Positions 18,338 to 26,623 are shown, counted from the stretch's first letter. The stretch: 26,623 bases of DNA from Verrucomicrobiota bacterium (GCA_039818205.1 JBCBUK010000026.1:1-26623); one strand, 5' to 3'. Made by a program: numbers and translations. The notes: a model not told the origin generated them from the sequence alone.

Positions 18338-19494
18338 GTGCCCACAGCTCGCCCCAAAACGAACAGCAACCATCAACCAACCCGAAGCCTGAAAAGGAGA
18401 TACAAGGCCATGCTGTTCACATCGCGAATCCAGACGGCACTCGCGAATCTTCGTCGCGCCATGCTCGGCCGCCGTCGGATGCGCACCGGTGCGCGCCGAC
18501 GCGGTCAGCGGAGCGACCGGACGGCGAAGCCGTCCTTCCTTGTCGTAAGAGTAACAACTCAACCGAACTCCCCTCAGGCTACGATCTAAGCAAAGGAAAA
18601 CCGCTCGTCTGGTCCGACTCGCAAATCAAGGAGGCGAAGCACATCAAGTTCGATTCAGGGCGACGCCAGCTCGTCGAGTATGACGGCGTCCAAGAATGGC
18701 TGAACGGCCCGAGCACCTCCGAAAAGAAGAAGGCTTTCGCTCTGGTCGAGAACATCAAGCACCTGGTCAATCTCTACGGGATCGAACGCCTCGGTTTTCT
18801 AACGCTGACCTTCGAGGACAACGTGACCGATTTTCGGGAGGCCCAGCGTCGGTTTAACTCACTCGCGACGCATATACTGCGGAATCTTTTCGAGAACTAC
18901 GTGGTGACGGTTGAACCTCAGAAACGCGGAGCGGTTCACTACCATCTCGTCGTCGCCTGCCAGTCAGACATCCGAACTGGCTTCCATTTCGATGCCTTTC
19001 GCGCCAGTCAGATCGCCTTCAGGAAAAACGGGCGCTGTTCTGATTACTTCCAGCTGCGCCAGATGTATGCAGAGTCGGCCTCGCCATACCTCCGCAATCT
19101 GTGGAGCTTCCTCCGTCGTAAAATGAAAGACTACGGATTCGGTCGGGCTGAGCTGCTGCCGATTCGCTCCAACGCCGACGGCATTGCCCACTATGTTGGA
19201 AAATATCTAGAGAAGGGTTCTCGCTATCGTGGCGAACAGTTCAAAGGCGCACGCATGGTCCGCTACTCTCGCGGCTGGCGAGCGGTATCTCAAAACTTCT
19301 CGTGGATTGAAACGGGCCAGCGCTGGCGAAGAACAATCGCTCAAGTCGCCCACCTCATCGGCGCGGACGATATCGAAGACCTCAGCAATAAAGCCGGTCG
19401 CTACTGGGCCTTCAAGGCACTTGCTATCCTCAAGGTCTTTCCGGACGCAAACCCAGTCGAGATCGCGCGGGTTCTTGCGACTCAGACTTACTGA
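18334..19494 (+). CDS. rep: HUH rolling-circle replication initiator (Y2 type)
   Basis: Motif I GFLTLTF, motif II EPQKRGAVHYHLVV, motif III YVGKYLEK, then RMVRYSRGW. GGAGG at 18320-18324 precedes the GTG start. Confidence 0.92.
   Translation: MSAHSSPQNEQQPSTNPKPEKEIQGHAVHIANPDGTRESSSRHARPPSDAHRCAPTRSAERPDGEAVLPCRKSNNSTELPSGYDLSKGKPLVWSDSQIKEAKHIKFDSGRRQLVEYDGVQEWLNGPSTSEKKKAFALVENIKHLVNLYGIERLGFLTLTFEDNVTDFREAQRRFNSLATHILRNLFENYVVTVEPQKRGAVHYHLVVACQSDIRTGFHFDAFRASQIAFRKNGRCSDYFQLRQMYAESASPYLRNLWSFLRRKMKDYGFGRAELLPIRSNADGIAHYVGKYLEKGSRYRGEQFKGARMVRYSRGWRAVSQNFSWIETGQRWRRTIAQVAHLIGADDIEDLSNKAGRYWAFKALAILKVFPDANPVEIARVLATQTY
18481..18560 (+). other. Putative double-strand origin inside rep
   Basis: Palindrome gcgcaccggtgcgc (18481-18494), hairpin cggtc/gaccg (18502-18519) and perfect hairpin ggacggc-gaa-gccgtcc (18519-18535), followed by CTTGtcgtaagagtaacAACT. 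Confidence 0.55.
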
Positions 19495-19586
19495 CTCGAG
19501 TGCCAATTGTAGACGCATTCGTCATGGAAATATTCACAAAACAGGCCTTGTTTTTCCGTGACAGATAATATGTTCTCTTGAAAGCC

Positions 19587-20540
19587 ATGAAACACGGATT
19601 GATACTACTGCTACTTCTTCAAACCCAAGTTTTTGGGCAAGCGACAAAGATTCCGGCGAGCTCAGTTGGAAATGGGCGACTGAGTCCGGCAGCGGTTGCT
19701 CATTTGGACGGACTGCGTCAAAAACTTGCGAACTGGCGTGCGGATTTCGGAGCAAATCCGGAAGACTACAGGAACACTACTGCTGCTATAGAGAATGACA
19801 TTACAGTCTACTACGACCAGATTTTCATTCAGCCCGCCTATCAGAGAGAACCACTTTCACTTGAAGCAGAAGAATTAGTAGCGTTCAAGGACGCGAGGGG
19901 CAACTTTATTCAGTTTGAGCTGTGCCAGAAGCCGTCTTCAGAAATACCAATGCGCCAGCCTCGATCCGCTAATATTTTTCCGAGAAGCCCACAAGTCGTT
20001 GAGTGCGAGATTGAATTGGTCGCGACCGTATTTGACAGCCGTTACTCCCTCGTCCAAGCACGATACGAAGGCAATGAGGTCGAGTTTTGGTGTAACGTTG
20101 ATTTTAACCTATTGGATGATGTAGATTCTGCTGCAGCTCCTGGCAGTGGTACATCCTATTCGATCACTGTGCAGAATGAGTGCCTAGATGCCTGGGTTAG
20201 CCTACAGGAAATAATACTCTTAAAGGGCGCGTCATCAGGAGGATTGCCCGAGCTACCCTCATTACCAACGGCGAGTGCCTTTGGAACAAATCAGCCAAAG
20301 CTTTTATCGGCTACTGGGCATCAGGCGCCGCATCTTCAATGCGACGAAATCGACGCTTGTTTGGAAGCTCTTTTGGCTCACTACTCATCTAATGAGGATA
20401 CAATCAAACGGGAGTATATCCGAAATGAAGCATTGCGACGAAAGATTGCTACCTTCCGCGAAGACTACCGGGCAAGCCAGCCAAAGAAGCGAGTGGTCCA
20501 ATTCTACCCGACGGTGGGAAGCGTTTACCTTAAGCCATAG
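19587..20540 (+). CDS. Secreted hypothetical protein
   Basis: MKHGLILLLLLQTQVFG signal peptide; FWCNVDFNLL motif; helical C-terminus. It ends 7 bp before the protease gene. Confidence 0.75.
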   Translation: MKHGLILLLLLQTQVFGQATKIPASSVGNGRLSPAAVAHLDGLRQKLANWRADFGANPEDYRNTTAAIENDITVYYDQIFIQPAYQREPLSLEAEELVAFKDARGNFIQFELCQKPSSEIPMRQPRSANIFPRSPQVVECEIELVATVFDSRYSLVQARYEGNEVEFWCNVDFNLLDDVDSAAAPGSGTSYSITVQNECLDAWVSLQEIILLKGASSGGLPELPSLPTASAFGTNQPKLLSATGHQAPHLQCDEIDACLEALLAHYSSNEDTIKREYIRNEALRRKIATFREDYRASQPKKRVVQFYPTVGSVYLKP

Positions 20541-20547
20541 TGCCGCT

Positions 20548-21816
20548 ATGTGTAAGTATTTGATTCTCTTACTAGTTATATCTGGTGCATGCACCGCGAC
20601 TGCTCAAGAACCCGGTCGACCGAACGATAGTTTAAATATCGAATATAGTGAACCGGTAGAGGGCTACGAGCTCTCATGGTGGGGGCAATCTGGGCGCACC
20701 TACTTCATTCGCTACAGCGAGGATTTGAAAGATTGGTTCTACGTACCGTTTATCGAATATGTGCTGCCACAAGAGCAAGACCGCGCGATTACTTGGGTCG
20801 CACACATGACAGATGCTTCCATTGTTGAGGGAGTTTACGTCTGGCTGCCTGATATATTGAATCCGCCCGCCCTATATGACCTTTTCTACAATGATTTAAA
20901 TGAGGATCGCTTTTTTATGCAGCTAGTATTGGTCGACAGCGCCAGCGTTGATCCATTGGGCGATGACTTCGATGGCGATGGTCACTCCAATATGATCGAA
21001 GTCTCCCTGGGGGCCGACCCGCTGAACCGCTATGCCGATGAAGACGCAGCTGTCAGTATCGACAAACGACTGGTAGACGCTGATTCAAACGTGGCACTAG
21101 ACCTATTTACCACAATGGATCATGTGAATGCCACCTACATCCGCAACCCCGATTGTTGGATAGCCGATATTGATACTACTTGCATCAGCCCTTGGAACAG
21201 TCAGGGAGGTGCTTCACGCGCTGGAACCCTTATCAGCCCGCGGCATATCATATTCGCAGCCCACCACCCGATCGCTGTTGGCACGACCATTCGCTTCGTT
21301 GACTCCAACAACAATGTAGTTGAGAGAACGATGATTGCGAAAGAAGACCATCCCGATTATGTAACCGACGGGCAAAACAATGACATCGCGATCGGCATTC
21401 TTGATCAAGATGTGCCGAGCTCTATTGGATTCGCAAAAGTCCTCCCAGACAGCTTGATTCAGTATTTCGAAGACAATGTCGGGCTCCCACTTATTCTATT
21501 GGATCAATTTGAGCAGGTAACTGTTGCCAATCTCGGCACAAGCTTGACCTCGGAGTTCCTTGATAACGCAATTCCAGAAGCTTTGTCTGTAAGAAATCAG
21601 TTTTATCGGGCTAAAGTAATCGGAGACTCAGGCAATCCAAGCTTCATCATCGTAAACAATGAACTTGTCGTTCTGAGTGTGTTGCGACTTGGGGGAGTTG
21701 GCGCAGGATCGTCGATTCATGCAAAACGAAATGATATCAATACTATGATGAGTTCTCTCGGTGGAAACTATCAATTGACAGAGATTTCCCTATCCAGTTA
21801 TATCGATATTAATTAG
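20548..21816 (+). CDS. Secreted trypsin-like (S1/PA clan) serine protease with an N-terminal accessory domain
   Basis: Signal peptide from ATG 20548. The triad motifs are in order: GTLISPRHIIFAAHH (His), NDIAIGILD (Asp), GDSGNP (Ser). N-terminal WWGQSGRTYFIRYSEDLKDW and DFDGDGHSNMIEVSLGADP. Confidence 0.85.
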   Translation: MCKYLILLLVISGACTATAQEPGRPNDSLNIEYSEPVEGYELSWWGQSGRTYFIRYSEDLKDWFYVPFIEYVLPQEQDRAITWVAHMTDASIVEGVYVWLPDILNPPALYDLFYNDLNEDRFFMQLVLVDSASVDPLGDDFDGDGHSNMIEVSLGADPLNRYADEDAAVSIDKRLVDADSNVALDLFTTMDHVNATYIRNPDCWIADIDTTCISPWNSQGGASRAGTLISPRHIIFAAHHPIAVGTTIRFVDSNNNVVERTMIAKEDHPDYVTDGQNNDIAIGILDQDVPSSIGFAKVLPDSLIQYFEDNVGLPLILLDQFEQVTVANLGTSLTSEFLDNAIPEALSVRNQFYRAKVIGDSGNPSFIIVNNELVVLSVLRLGGVGAGSSIHAKRNDINTMMSSLGGNYQLTEISLSSYIDIN

Positions 21817-21829
21817 TAACCAAAGAATC

Positions 21830-22432
21830 ATGACCTACAAATTGTGTCTTTTTAGTATAATCAGTTTGTTAGCTTCGCAGAGCCATGCTAGCCTCGAAAG
21901 CGGGTTCGTCTCTATTTCTCCGTTGTCTCCGCCCGATGATTGGGACTTGGTTTTTACGCTAAATACATTGGATGGAGGTGCAGTTGTTCTAAATGACAAC
22001 ATTCCGGGTTTTTACTCCGCTAGCAACGGAACTGTATCCTTTGGCTTCCAATGGTTTTTAACGAACGATGGTCAGGCAATCGATCCGGCCTTTATTTCGA
22101 GCTCCGACCCATTTGCCAACAATTTCAATGGAACTTACAAGGAAGCATTTGCTCCGATCGTTGCGGACGAACCCTTCCTCTGGGCCTACTGGCTGGATGC
22201 GGACTTTGATACAGTCATTACTCCGGGTGACTACCTCGGTTGGGCCGAATTTGTCTACACAAGCGGAGACCTAACTGTTCTTCAGAGTGTCGCAGATACT
22301 TCAGGCCAAGGTATTTTTGCAGGTACAACAACTGTTGTGCCTGAAAGTAAATTTTATGCAATTCTAGCTGGTTCTTTGGTAGCAATCTTCTCAATTATCC
22401 GCAGACGCAGATCACGCATCCAGTATATTTAA
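21830..22432 (+). CDS. PEP-CTERM-like surface protein, paralog 1
   Basis: Signal peptide; C-terminal VVPES + hydrophobic helix + RRRRSR. Confidence 0.85.
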   Translation: MTYKLCLFSIISLLASQSHASLESGFVSISPLSPPDDWDLVFTLNTLDGGAVVLNDNIPGFYSASNGTVSFGFQWFLTNDGQAIDPAFISSSDPFANNFNGTYKEAFAPIVADEPFLWAYWLDADFDTVITPGDYLGWAEFVYTSGDLTVLQSVADTSGQGIFAGTTTVVPESKFYAILAGSLVAIFSIIRRRRSRIQYI

Positions 22433-22442
22433 ACCAATTCAT

Positions 22443-23042
22443 GTGAGCCTTTGTAAGATAGGCATATTGGCAGTGCTCTCCTTCACAGCATCATGCCTAG
22501 CTAACCTGCAGTTTGGTGAAATCTCAGTTTCTTCCGCTCCTGCTCCAGACAATTGGAATCTAATTTACGGTAGTTTTCCAGAATTCGGATTTTTGCCAAT
22601 TAACGAGAATATCCCGTCTTTCTATTCTGCGAGCCCAGGCAGCATCTCATTCGGCTACCAATGGTATTTGGTAAACGAAAATCAAGCTATCGATCCGAGC
22701 TTTGTTTCAAGCTCCGATCCTTTTGCAAACAATTTCGACAATACCTTTAAAGAGGCATTCGCGCCGATCGTAGAGGGTGACCCTTTCCTTTGGGCCTATT
22801 GGTTGGATTTTGATTTCAGCTCATCTATCACTCCAGGCGATTACCTCGGCTGGGTCGAACTGGAATATAACAGTGGAGACTTGGTGGTGCTGCAGAGTGT
22901 CGCAGATACTTCAGGGCAAGGCATTTTCGCAGGCACAACAACCGTAGTGCCAGAAAGTAAATTCTATTCAATTCTTGCCGGTTGTTTAACTGCGGCTTAC
23001 GTTGTCGTACGCAAGAGGATACGGAAAAGTGTATCAGAATGA
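22443..23042 (+). CDS. PEP-CTERM-like surface protein, paralog 2
   Basis: Colinear with paralog 1 (SSDPFANNF, PFLWAYWLD, ITPGDYLGW, QSVADTSGQGIFAGTTTVVPESKFY); tail is a TM helix + RKRIRK. Confidence 0.85.
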   Translation: MSLCKIGILAVLSFTASCLANLQFGEISVSSAPAPDNWNLIYGSFPEFGFLPINENIPSFYSASPGSISFGYQWYLVNENQAIDPSFVSSSDPFANNFDNTFKEAFAPIVEGDPFLWAYWLDFDFSSSITPGDYLGWVELEYNSGDLVVLQSVADTSGQGIFAGTTTVVPESKFYSILAGCLTAAYVVVRKRIRKSVSE

Positions 23043-23063
23043 GCTGAAGCAATCGCTACTCTT

Positions 23064-23567
23064 ATGGCACATTCATTCATTGCCCTTGTTCTCCTTGCAT
23101 CTACATCATCACTTGCCAGCCTCGAGAGCGGGTTCGTTTCTATTTCTCCGTTGTCTCCGACCGATGATTGGGACTTGGTTTTTACGCTAAATACATTGGA
23201 TGGAGGTGCAGTTGTTCTAAATGACAACATTCCGGGTTTTTACTCCACTAGCAACGGAACTGTATCCTTTGGCTTCCAATTGTTTTAACGAACGATGGTC
23301 AGGCAATCGATCCGAGCTTTGTTTCGAGTTCCGATCCTTTTGCGAACAATTTCAATGGCACTTACAAGGAAGCATTTGCTCCGATCATAGCGGACGAACC
23401 CTTCCTCTGGGCCTACTGGCTGGATGCTGACTTTGATACAGTCATTACTCCGGGTGACTACCTCGGTTGGGCCGAGCTAATCTATACGAATGGAGACTTG
23501 ATGGTGCTGCAGAGTGTCGCGGATACTTCAGGACAAGGTGTTTTTGCGGGAACAACAACTGTGGTGC
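23064..23567 (+). pseudogene. PEP-CTERM-like paralog 3, frameshifted and truncated by IS3
   Basis: caattgttttaacg versus caatggtttttaacg in paralog 1 is a 1-bp loss giving TAA at 23286-23288. Homology continues to ...GTTTVV at 23567, where the IS starts. Confidence 0.9.
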
Positions 23568-23692
23568 TGCTTGAACCCCACCTTTAGGCCCGGATTAGAT
23601 GACTGTATTTGGCCGGTTGATGTTTGGGTTGTTTAGTTGGTTTTGTTTGAGGTTCTGGCGTAATGAGGGCGTAGCCCGAGTGGAGCCGGAAC

Positions 23693-24531
23693 CTAGGTTA
23701 CTGATTTGGCAAACTGTGCTGGTGTGAGCAAGCCCAGAGATCGGTGCGGTCTTTGATTGTTATAGAAGCTGAGCCATTCTTTGAAGATAAACTTGGCTTC
23801 TGAGAGTGTATAGATCAGCTCGCGGCTGAGGCACTCAGCGCGGAAGCGTGAGTTGAAGCTTTCTACATAACCGTTCTGCCAAGGACAACCGGGATCGATG
23901 TAGAGCGTGTCGATCTCGTTTTCGGCAAGCCAGCGTTGGATCACCTTGGCAATGAACCCTGGTCCGTTGTCGCTGCGAATGTAAGCGGGTGCGCCATGTT
24001 TGGCGATGGCTGACTTAAGCACGGTGAGCACATCCTCGGCTTTGATCTCGCGAGCAGCATGGATAGCGGGACATTCGCGGGTATACTCGTCGACCAGGTT
24101 GAAGACTTTCAGTTTGCCGCCACGCTGCGTGTAGTCACACATGAAATCCCATGCCCAGACATGATTGCGCCGCGAAGCTTGCTGCGGAAGGCCCGTGGAC
24201 AAGCCCTGCCGACGCTGCTTCGCCTTGGGCGGTGGCACTTGTAGCCCTTCCTCACGGCGCACCCGTTGCACGAACTTTTTGCCCACCGAAAACCCCGCCT
24301 TGCGCAGCTCTGCCGCTATCTTTTTGTAGCCCATCGTCGGGTATCTCTTTGAGAACTTAACCACTTGCTTTTCCAAAAGTCGTTTCTTGTCGCACGCCGG
24401 CCTGGGCCGGTAACGATAAGTCGACCGGGCGATCCCCAGCCAACGACATACAGCTCTCCCGGAACACGCCAGCGCCGCTACCACTTTGGCAGCAGCGCTA
24501 CGCTGACGTTCCGGGCTCAGACGTTTTTTTC
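23693..24531 (-). CDS. IS3 transposase OrfB (DDE), expressed by -1 frameshift
   Basis: WAWDF, IRSDNGPGF and PWQNGYVESFN carry the DDE residues; YNNQRPHRSLG; slippery GGAAAAAAAC at 24532-24523. Confidence 0.9.
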
Positions 24532-24780
24532 CAAAGCGATCTCCAGTGCCTTGGCCTTCAGCATCTGGTCGGCCAGAAGCTTCTTGAGCTCGGTGTTCTC
24601 TTTTTCCAGATCGCGCAGACGCTGGGCTTCTTTTATGTCCATGCCGCCATACTTCTTTTTGTAGCGGTGGTAGGTCACTTGGCTGATGCCATGCTTGCGG
24701 CAAGCATCATCTACGCTCAAGCCTTCGCTCTCACGCAATATGCGGATAATCTGTTCGGTACTACGACGTCCTCGTTTCAT
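24517..24780 (-). CDS. IS3 transposase OrfA (HTH + leucine zipper)
   Basis: MKRGRRSTEQIIRILRE...CRKHGISQVTYHRYKKKYGGM...RLRDLEKENTELKKLLAD; AAGGAA upstream of the ATG at 24780. Confidence 0.92.
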   Translation of the reverse strand: MKRGRRSTEQIIRILRESEGLSVDDACRKHGISQVTYHRYKKKYGGMDIKEAQRLRDLEKENTELKKLLADQMLKAKALEIALEKNV

Positions 24781-24980
24781 ACTGTATTGTTCCTTTCTAG
24801 GACCAAACACAGTCAATAAAAATGGACCGGCTCAACGGGGCCCAAGCATGGGCATGGCTGTAGGATTTCCTGATAAATAATTTCGTTGTGCAAGCATTTT
24901 GGAAGATCTCGCCAAATCAATCCCGACCCTCGCAGCTCCAGGCGAATCGAAAAAACAAACAAGTGAACAATGTTTTACTT

Positions 24981-25014
24981 GATATATATACGTATATGCT
25001 TTTTTATATATATC
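24981..25014. promoter_or_regulatory. AT-rich inverted repeat, candidate operator/promoter of the xis-int operon
   Basis: gatatatata (24981-24990) and tatatatatc (25005-25014), with internal palindrome atatacgtatat; ends 4 bp before the ATG at 25019. Confidence 0.45.
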
Positions 25015-25018
25015 TATT

Positions 25019-25354
25019 ATGGCAGAACAATCCCTTCCTCAACCGAGACGAATACGGCGAAAAGTGTCCGAAATGGACAGTCCGCGGGACAAAACCGTCT
25101 GCTTCATGCTCAGTGAGGAGGAGAAGAAAGCTGTCGACACGCTGGGGATCTGCACGCGTCTGACGCGATCCGCATTACTCGCCAAAATCACGACATTATT
25201 CATTCAAAGCACTGACGAATCTCGATCGATCAAGGAGCAAAAGGAATCTCAAAAGGAGTTAACCGCGTTTATCAAAGAGATCCGTGAGACCGTGCAGAAC
25301 ACACCCGCGTGGCAAAAACAAATAACCACCAAAAAAAGAAAGTACACAAAATGA
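25019..25354 (+). CDS. Small DNA-binding protein, ribbon-helix-helix-like
   Basis: RDKTVCFMLSEEEKKAVDTL...LTRSALLAKI fits a beta-helix-helix pattern; the stop overlaps the next ATG (ATGA 25351-25354). Confidence 0.6.
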   Translation: MAEQSLPQPRRIRRKVSEMDSPRDKTVCFMLSEEEKKAVDTLGICTRLTRSALLAKITTLFIQSTDESRSIKEQKESQKELTAFIKEIRETVQNTPAWQKQITTKKRKYTK

Positions 25355-25752
25355 TCGATATTTTCTCAGTCAACCAATCCCTTGAAGGCAGTCTCGCCTT
25401 AAACCTCAACGAAGGCTGCTTACACATCGATAACGACACCCAGCTCTCGACCATCGATGGCCTTACCACCACCCAACGATGCGACCTTCAAACGTTGAAG
25501 GATCAAATCGCGCAAACCATTCCCGATGATTTCGGCTACGTTATCACCCTTGATGGCGAAGAGCCGTCATTCGAACTAGAGTTCCAGGACGGGTATATCG
25601 CAGCCAGCGGCTTCTCCTTGGAGTTCTCCTCCAACGAAGAGTTTCAAGCGCAACTGCAACATGCCGACTGGGATGCTATTCGCGGCGACGCCCTGGAGTC
25701 GATCCAAGGTATCGAAGCGATGATCGCCGCTGGCAAGAAAGGAGCGCTCTAA
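25351..25752 (+). CDS. Hypothetical acidic protein (133 aa)
   Basis: Translationally coupled on both sides (ATGA at 25351; TAATG at 25750-25754). Confidence 0.7.
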   Translation: MIDIFSVNQSLEGSLALNLNEGCLHIDNDTQLSTIDGLTTTQRCDLQTLKDQIAQTIPDDFGYVITLDGEEPSFELEFQDGYIAASGFSLEFSSNEEFQAQLQHADWDAIRGDALESIQGIEAMIAAGKKGAL

Positions 25753-25922
25753 TGGCTGCAACACTGCTCAGCAAAAAGGAAGCTGCCAAACGGCTCTTCG
25801 TATCGGACTCGACCGTCAATCGCATGCTACGTGATGGCATGCTTAGCAAAATCAAGATTCGTGGCTGCGTCCGTATTCCTCTCGAAGACATCGAGCGCAT
25901 ACTGAAAGGAGGTTTAGCATGA
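25752..25922 (+). CDS. xis: Excisionase-like HTH protein (56 aa)
   Basis: Hand translation MAATLLSKKEAAKRLFVSDSTVNRMLRDGMLSKIKIRGCVRIPLEDIERILKGGLA matches the HTH_17/Xis pattern. It is absent from the ORF track. Confidence 0.88.
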   Translation: MAATLLSKKEAAKRLFVSDSTVNRMLRDGMLSKIKIRGCVRIPLEDIERILKGGLA

Positions 25923-26623
25923 TCCACCAGATTGCAAAGAAGACGAAGACCATGAATGGCAAACTCACCAAGTCGCGTTACTACTATCTCCGCTACCGTT
26001 ACGGCGATATGAACGTTGAACGGTGGAAGTCACTAAAAGTGACTCAGAAAGAGGTCGCGCAAAAACTTGCTGATGACTTTCGCAAAGAGTGGGAAGCCGA
26101 ACAAGCGGGCATGCTTCCGCCAACCGCGATGAGAGAAGGAGCCAAGATGCCTCTTCATTCTCACTTGGAGGATTTCCTCGCCGACCTACGCCAACGCGGC
26201 AAAGCAGGCCGTAACGATGAAGGTGCAAAGAAATACCGCAAGCGCATCACGCAACTGATCAAGGAATGTAATTGGACGCTGATTAACAACGTAACGCCGG
26301 ATAGCTTTATCGCCTGGCGAAACCAACAACACGATTTCGCCCCGAGAACGCTCAATCATTACTTGGATGCCATAAATGCGTTTCTGAATGCTTTGGTTAA
26401 GATGGGCCGTATTGCCGACAACCCACTAAAAACGGTCTCTATGGTTAAGCAACGTGGCAAAGAAACACGCAAACGTCGTGCATTCTCCGAAGCAGAACTA
26501 GCCGCCCTACTCTCGGTTTCAAAGCCTCATCGTCGCATGGTTTATCTAACCGCGGCCCGCACCGGCTTCCGTCGCCAAGAGCTCGGCTCCCTGCTTTGGC
26601 AAGATATCGTTCTTGAGGGCGAG
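25919..26623 (+). CDS. int: Tyrosine recombinase/integrase, 5' 235 codons (truncated by the window)
   Basis: ATGA overlap with xis and GGAGG RBS. MIHQIAKK...YYYLRYR arm-binding-like region, APRTLNHYLDAINAFLN...NPL core-binding region, and RRAFSEAEL...YLTAARTGFRRQELGSLLWQDI box with the first catalytic Arg. Confidence 0.93.
   Translation, partial: MIHQIAKKTKTMNGKLTKSRYYYLRYRYGDMNVERWKSLKVTQKEVAQKLADDFRKEWEAEQAGMLPPTAMREGAKMPLHSHLEDFLADLRQRGKAGRNDEGAKKYRKRITQLIKECNWTLINNVTPDSFIAWRNQQHDFAPRTLNHYLDAINAFLNALVKMGRIADNPLKTVSMVKQRGKETRKRRAFSEAELAALLSVSKPHRRMVYLTAARTGFRRQELGSLLWQDIVLEGE

Larger units (their letters stand above)
23568..24848 (-). mobile_element. IS3-family insertion sequence (IS407-like), 1,281 bp
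   Basis: Ends tgcttgaacccc... and ...ggggcccaagca form imperfect TG..CA inverted repeats enclosing orfA and orfB. No target-site duplication is visible. Confidence 0.92.
17995..26623 (+). mobile_element. Putative integrative rolling-circle element (att-like end, HUH Rep, cargo, xis, tyrosine integrase); right end outside the window
   Basis: A tRNA-like fragment lies at one end and xis-int at the other; all non-IS genes are co-oriented. The boundaries are inferred, and an IS-associated deletion may have joined two elements. Confidence 0.6.

Noticed and set aside
20275..20547. N-terminal extension of the protease ORF given in the track (likewise 10026-10172 and 24532-24703)
   Set aside because: These extensions overlap neighbouring genes or precede clear signal peptides or the frameshift site; the downstream starts fit better.
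24977..24990. ACTTGATAT matching the phiX174 nick sequence
   Set aside because: It lies in an AT-rich promoter-like tract with no adjacent GC hairpin; a chance match is likely.
18334..26623. Filamentous prophage or conjugative element
   Set aside because: No Zot/pI ATPase, small coat proteins, T4SS or coupling protein is present in the window. The motif order (HUH before Tyr) is that of a Rep, not a Mob relaxase.

Overview
The window has two parts and probably comes from a Verrucomicrobiota-type genome (inferred from PEP-CTERM-like tails, DxDxDG..E..GTDP C-terminal modules and an Rhs 'WTKFDPLGL' junction). The left half (1-13.9 kb, minus strand) encodes two very large secreted proteins. One is a ~3,200-aa SGNH/SASA esterase-PDZ-DUF6288-like-HEAT protein with 5 LamG, 5 FN3 and 3 cadherin-like domains. 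The other is a 1,116-aa CSLREA/choice-of-anchor-Q beta-helix protein. The right half (14-26.6 kb) is an accessory mobile region. It holds an orphan rolling-circle-origin-like hairpin, a Phd/ParE toxin-antitoxin pair, an orphan Rhs C-terminal toxin with its immunity gene, and a SnoaL/NTF2 gene between ~100-bp direct repeats. From ~17,995 there is a putative integrative rolling-circle element: tRNA-like 3' fragment (att-like), start-less ORF, HUH Y2 Rep with an internal origin-like site, a secreted protein, a secreted trypsin-like protease, three tandem PEP-CTERM-like paralogs (the third frameshifted and cut by an IS3 element), then RHH-like, hypothetical, excisionase and tyrosine integrase genes (the integrase runs off the window). 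The main hypothesis is that excision joins the xis-int operon to the start-less ORF and rep across attP, so replication is switched on only in the circle. All family calls are from motif recognition; no database searches were run.
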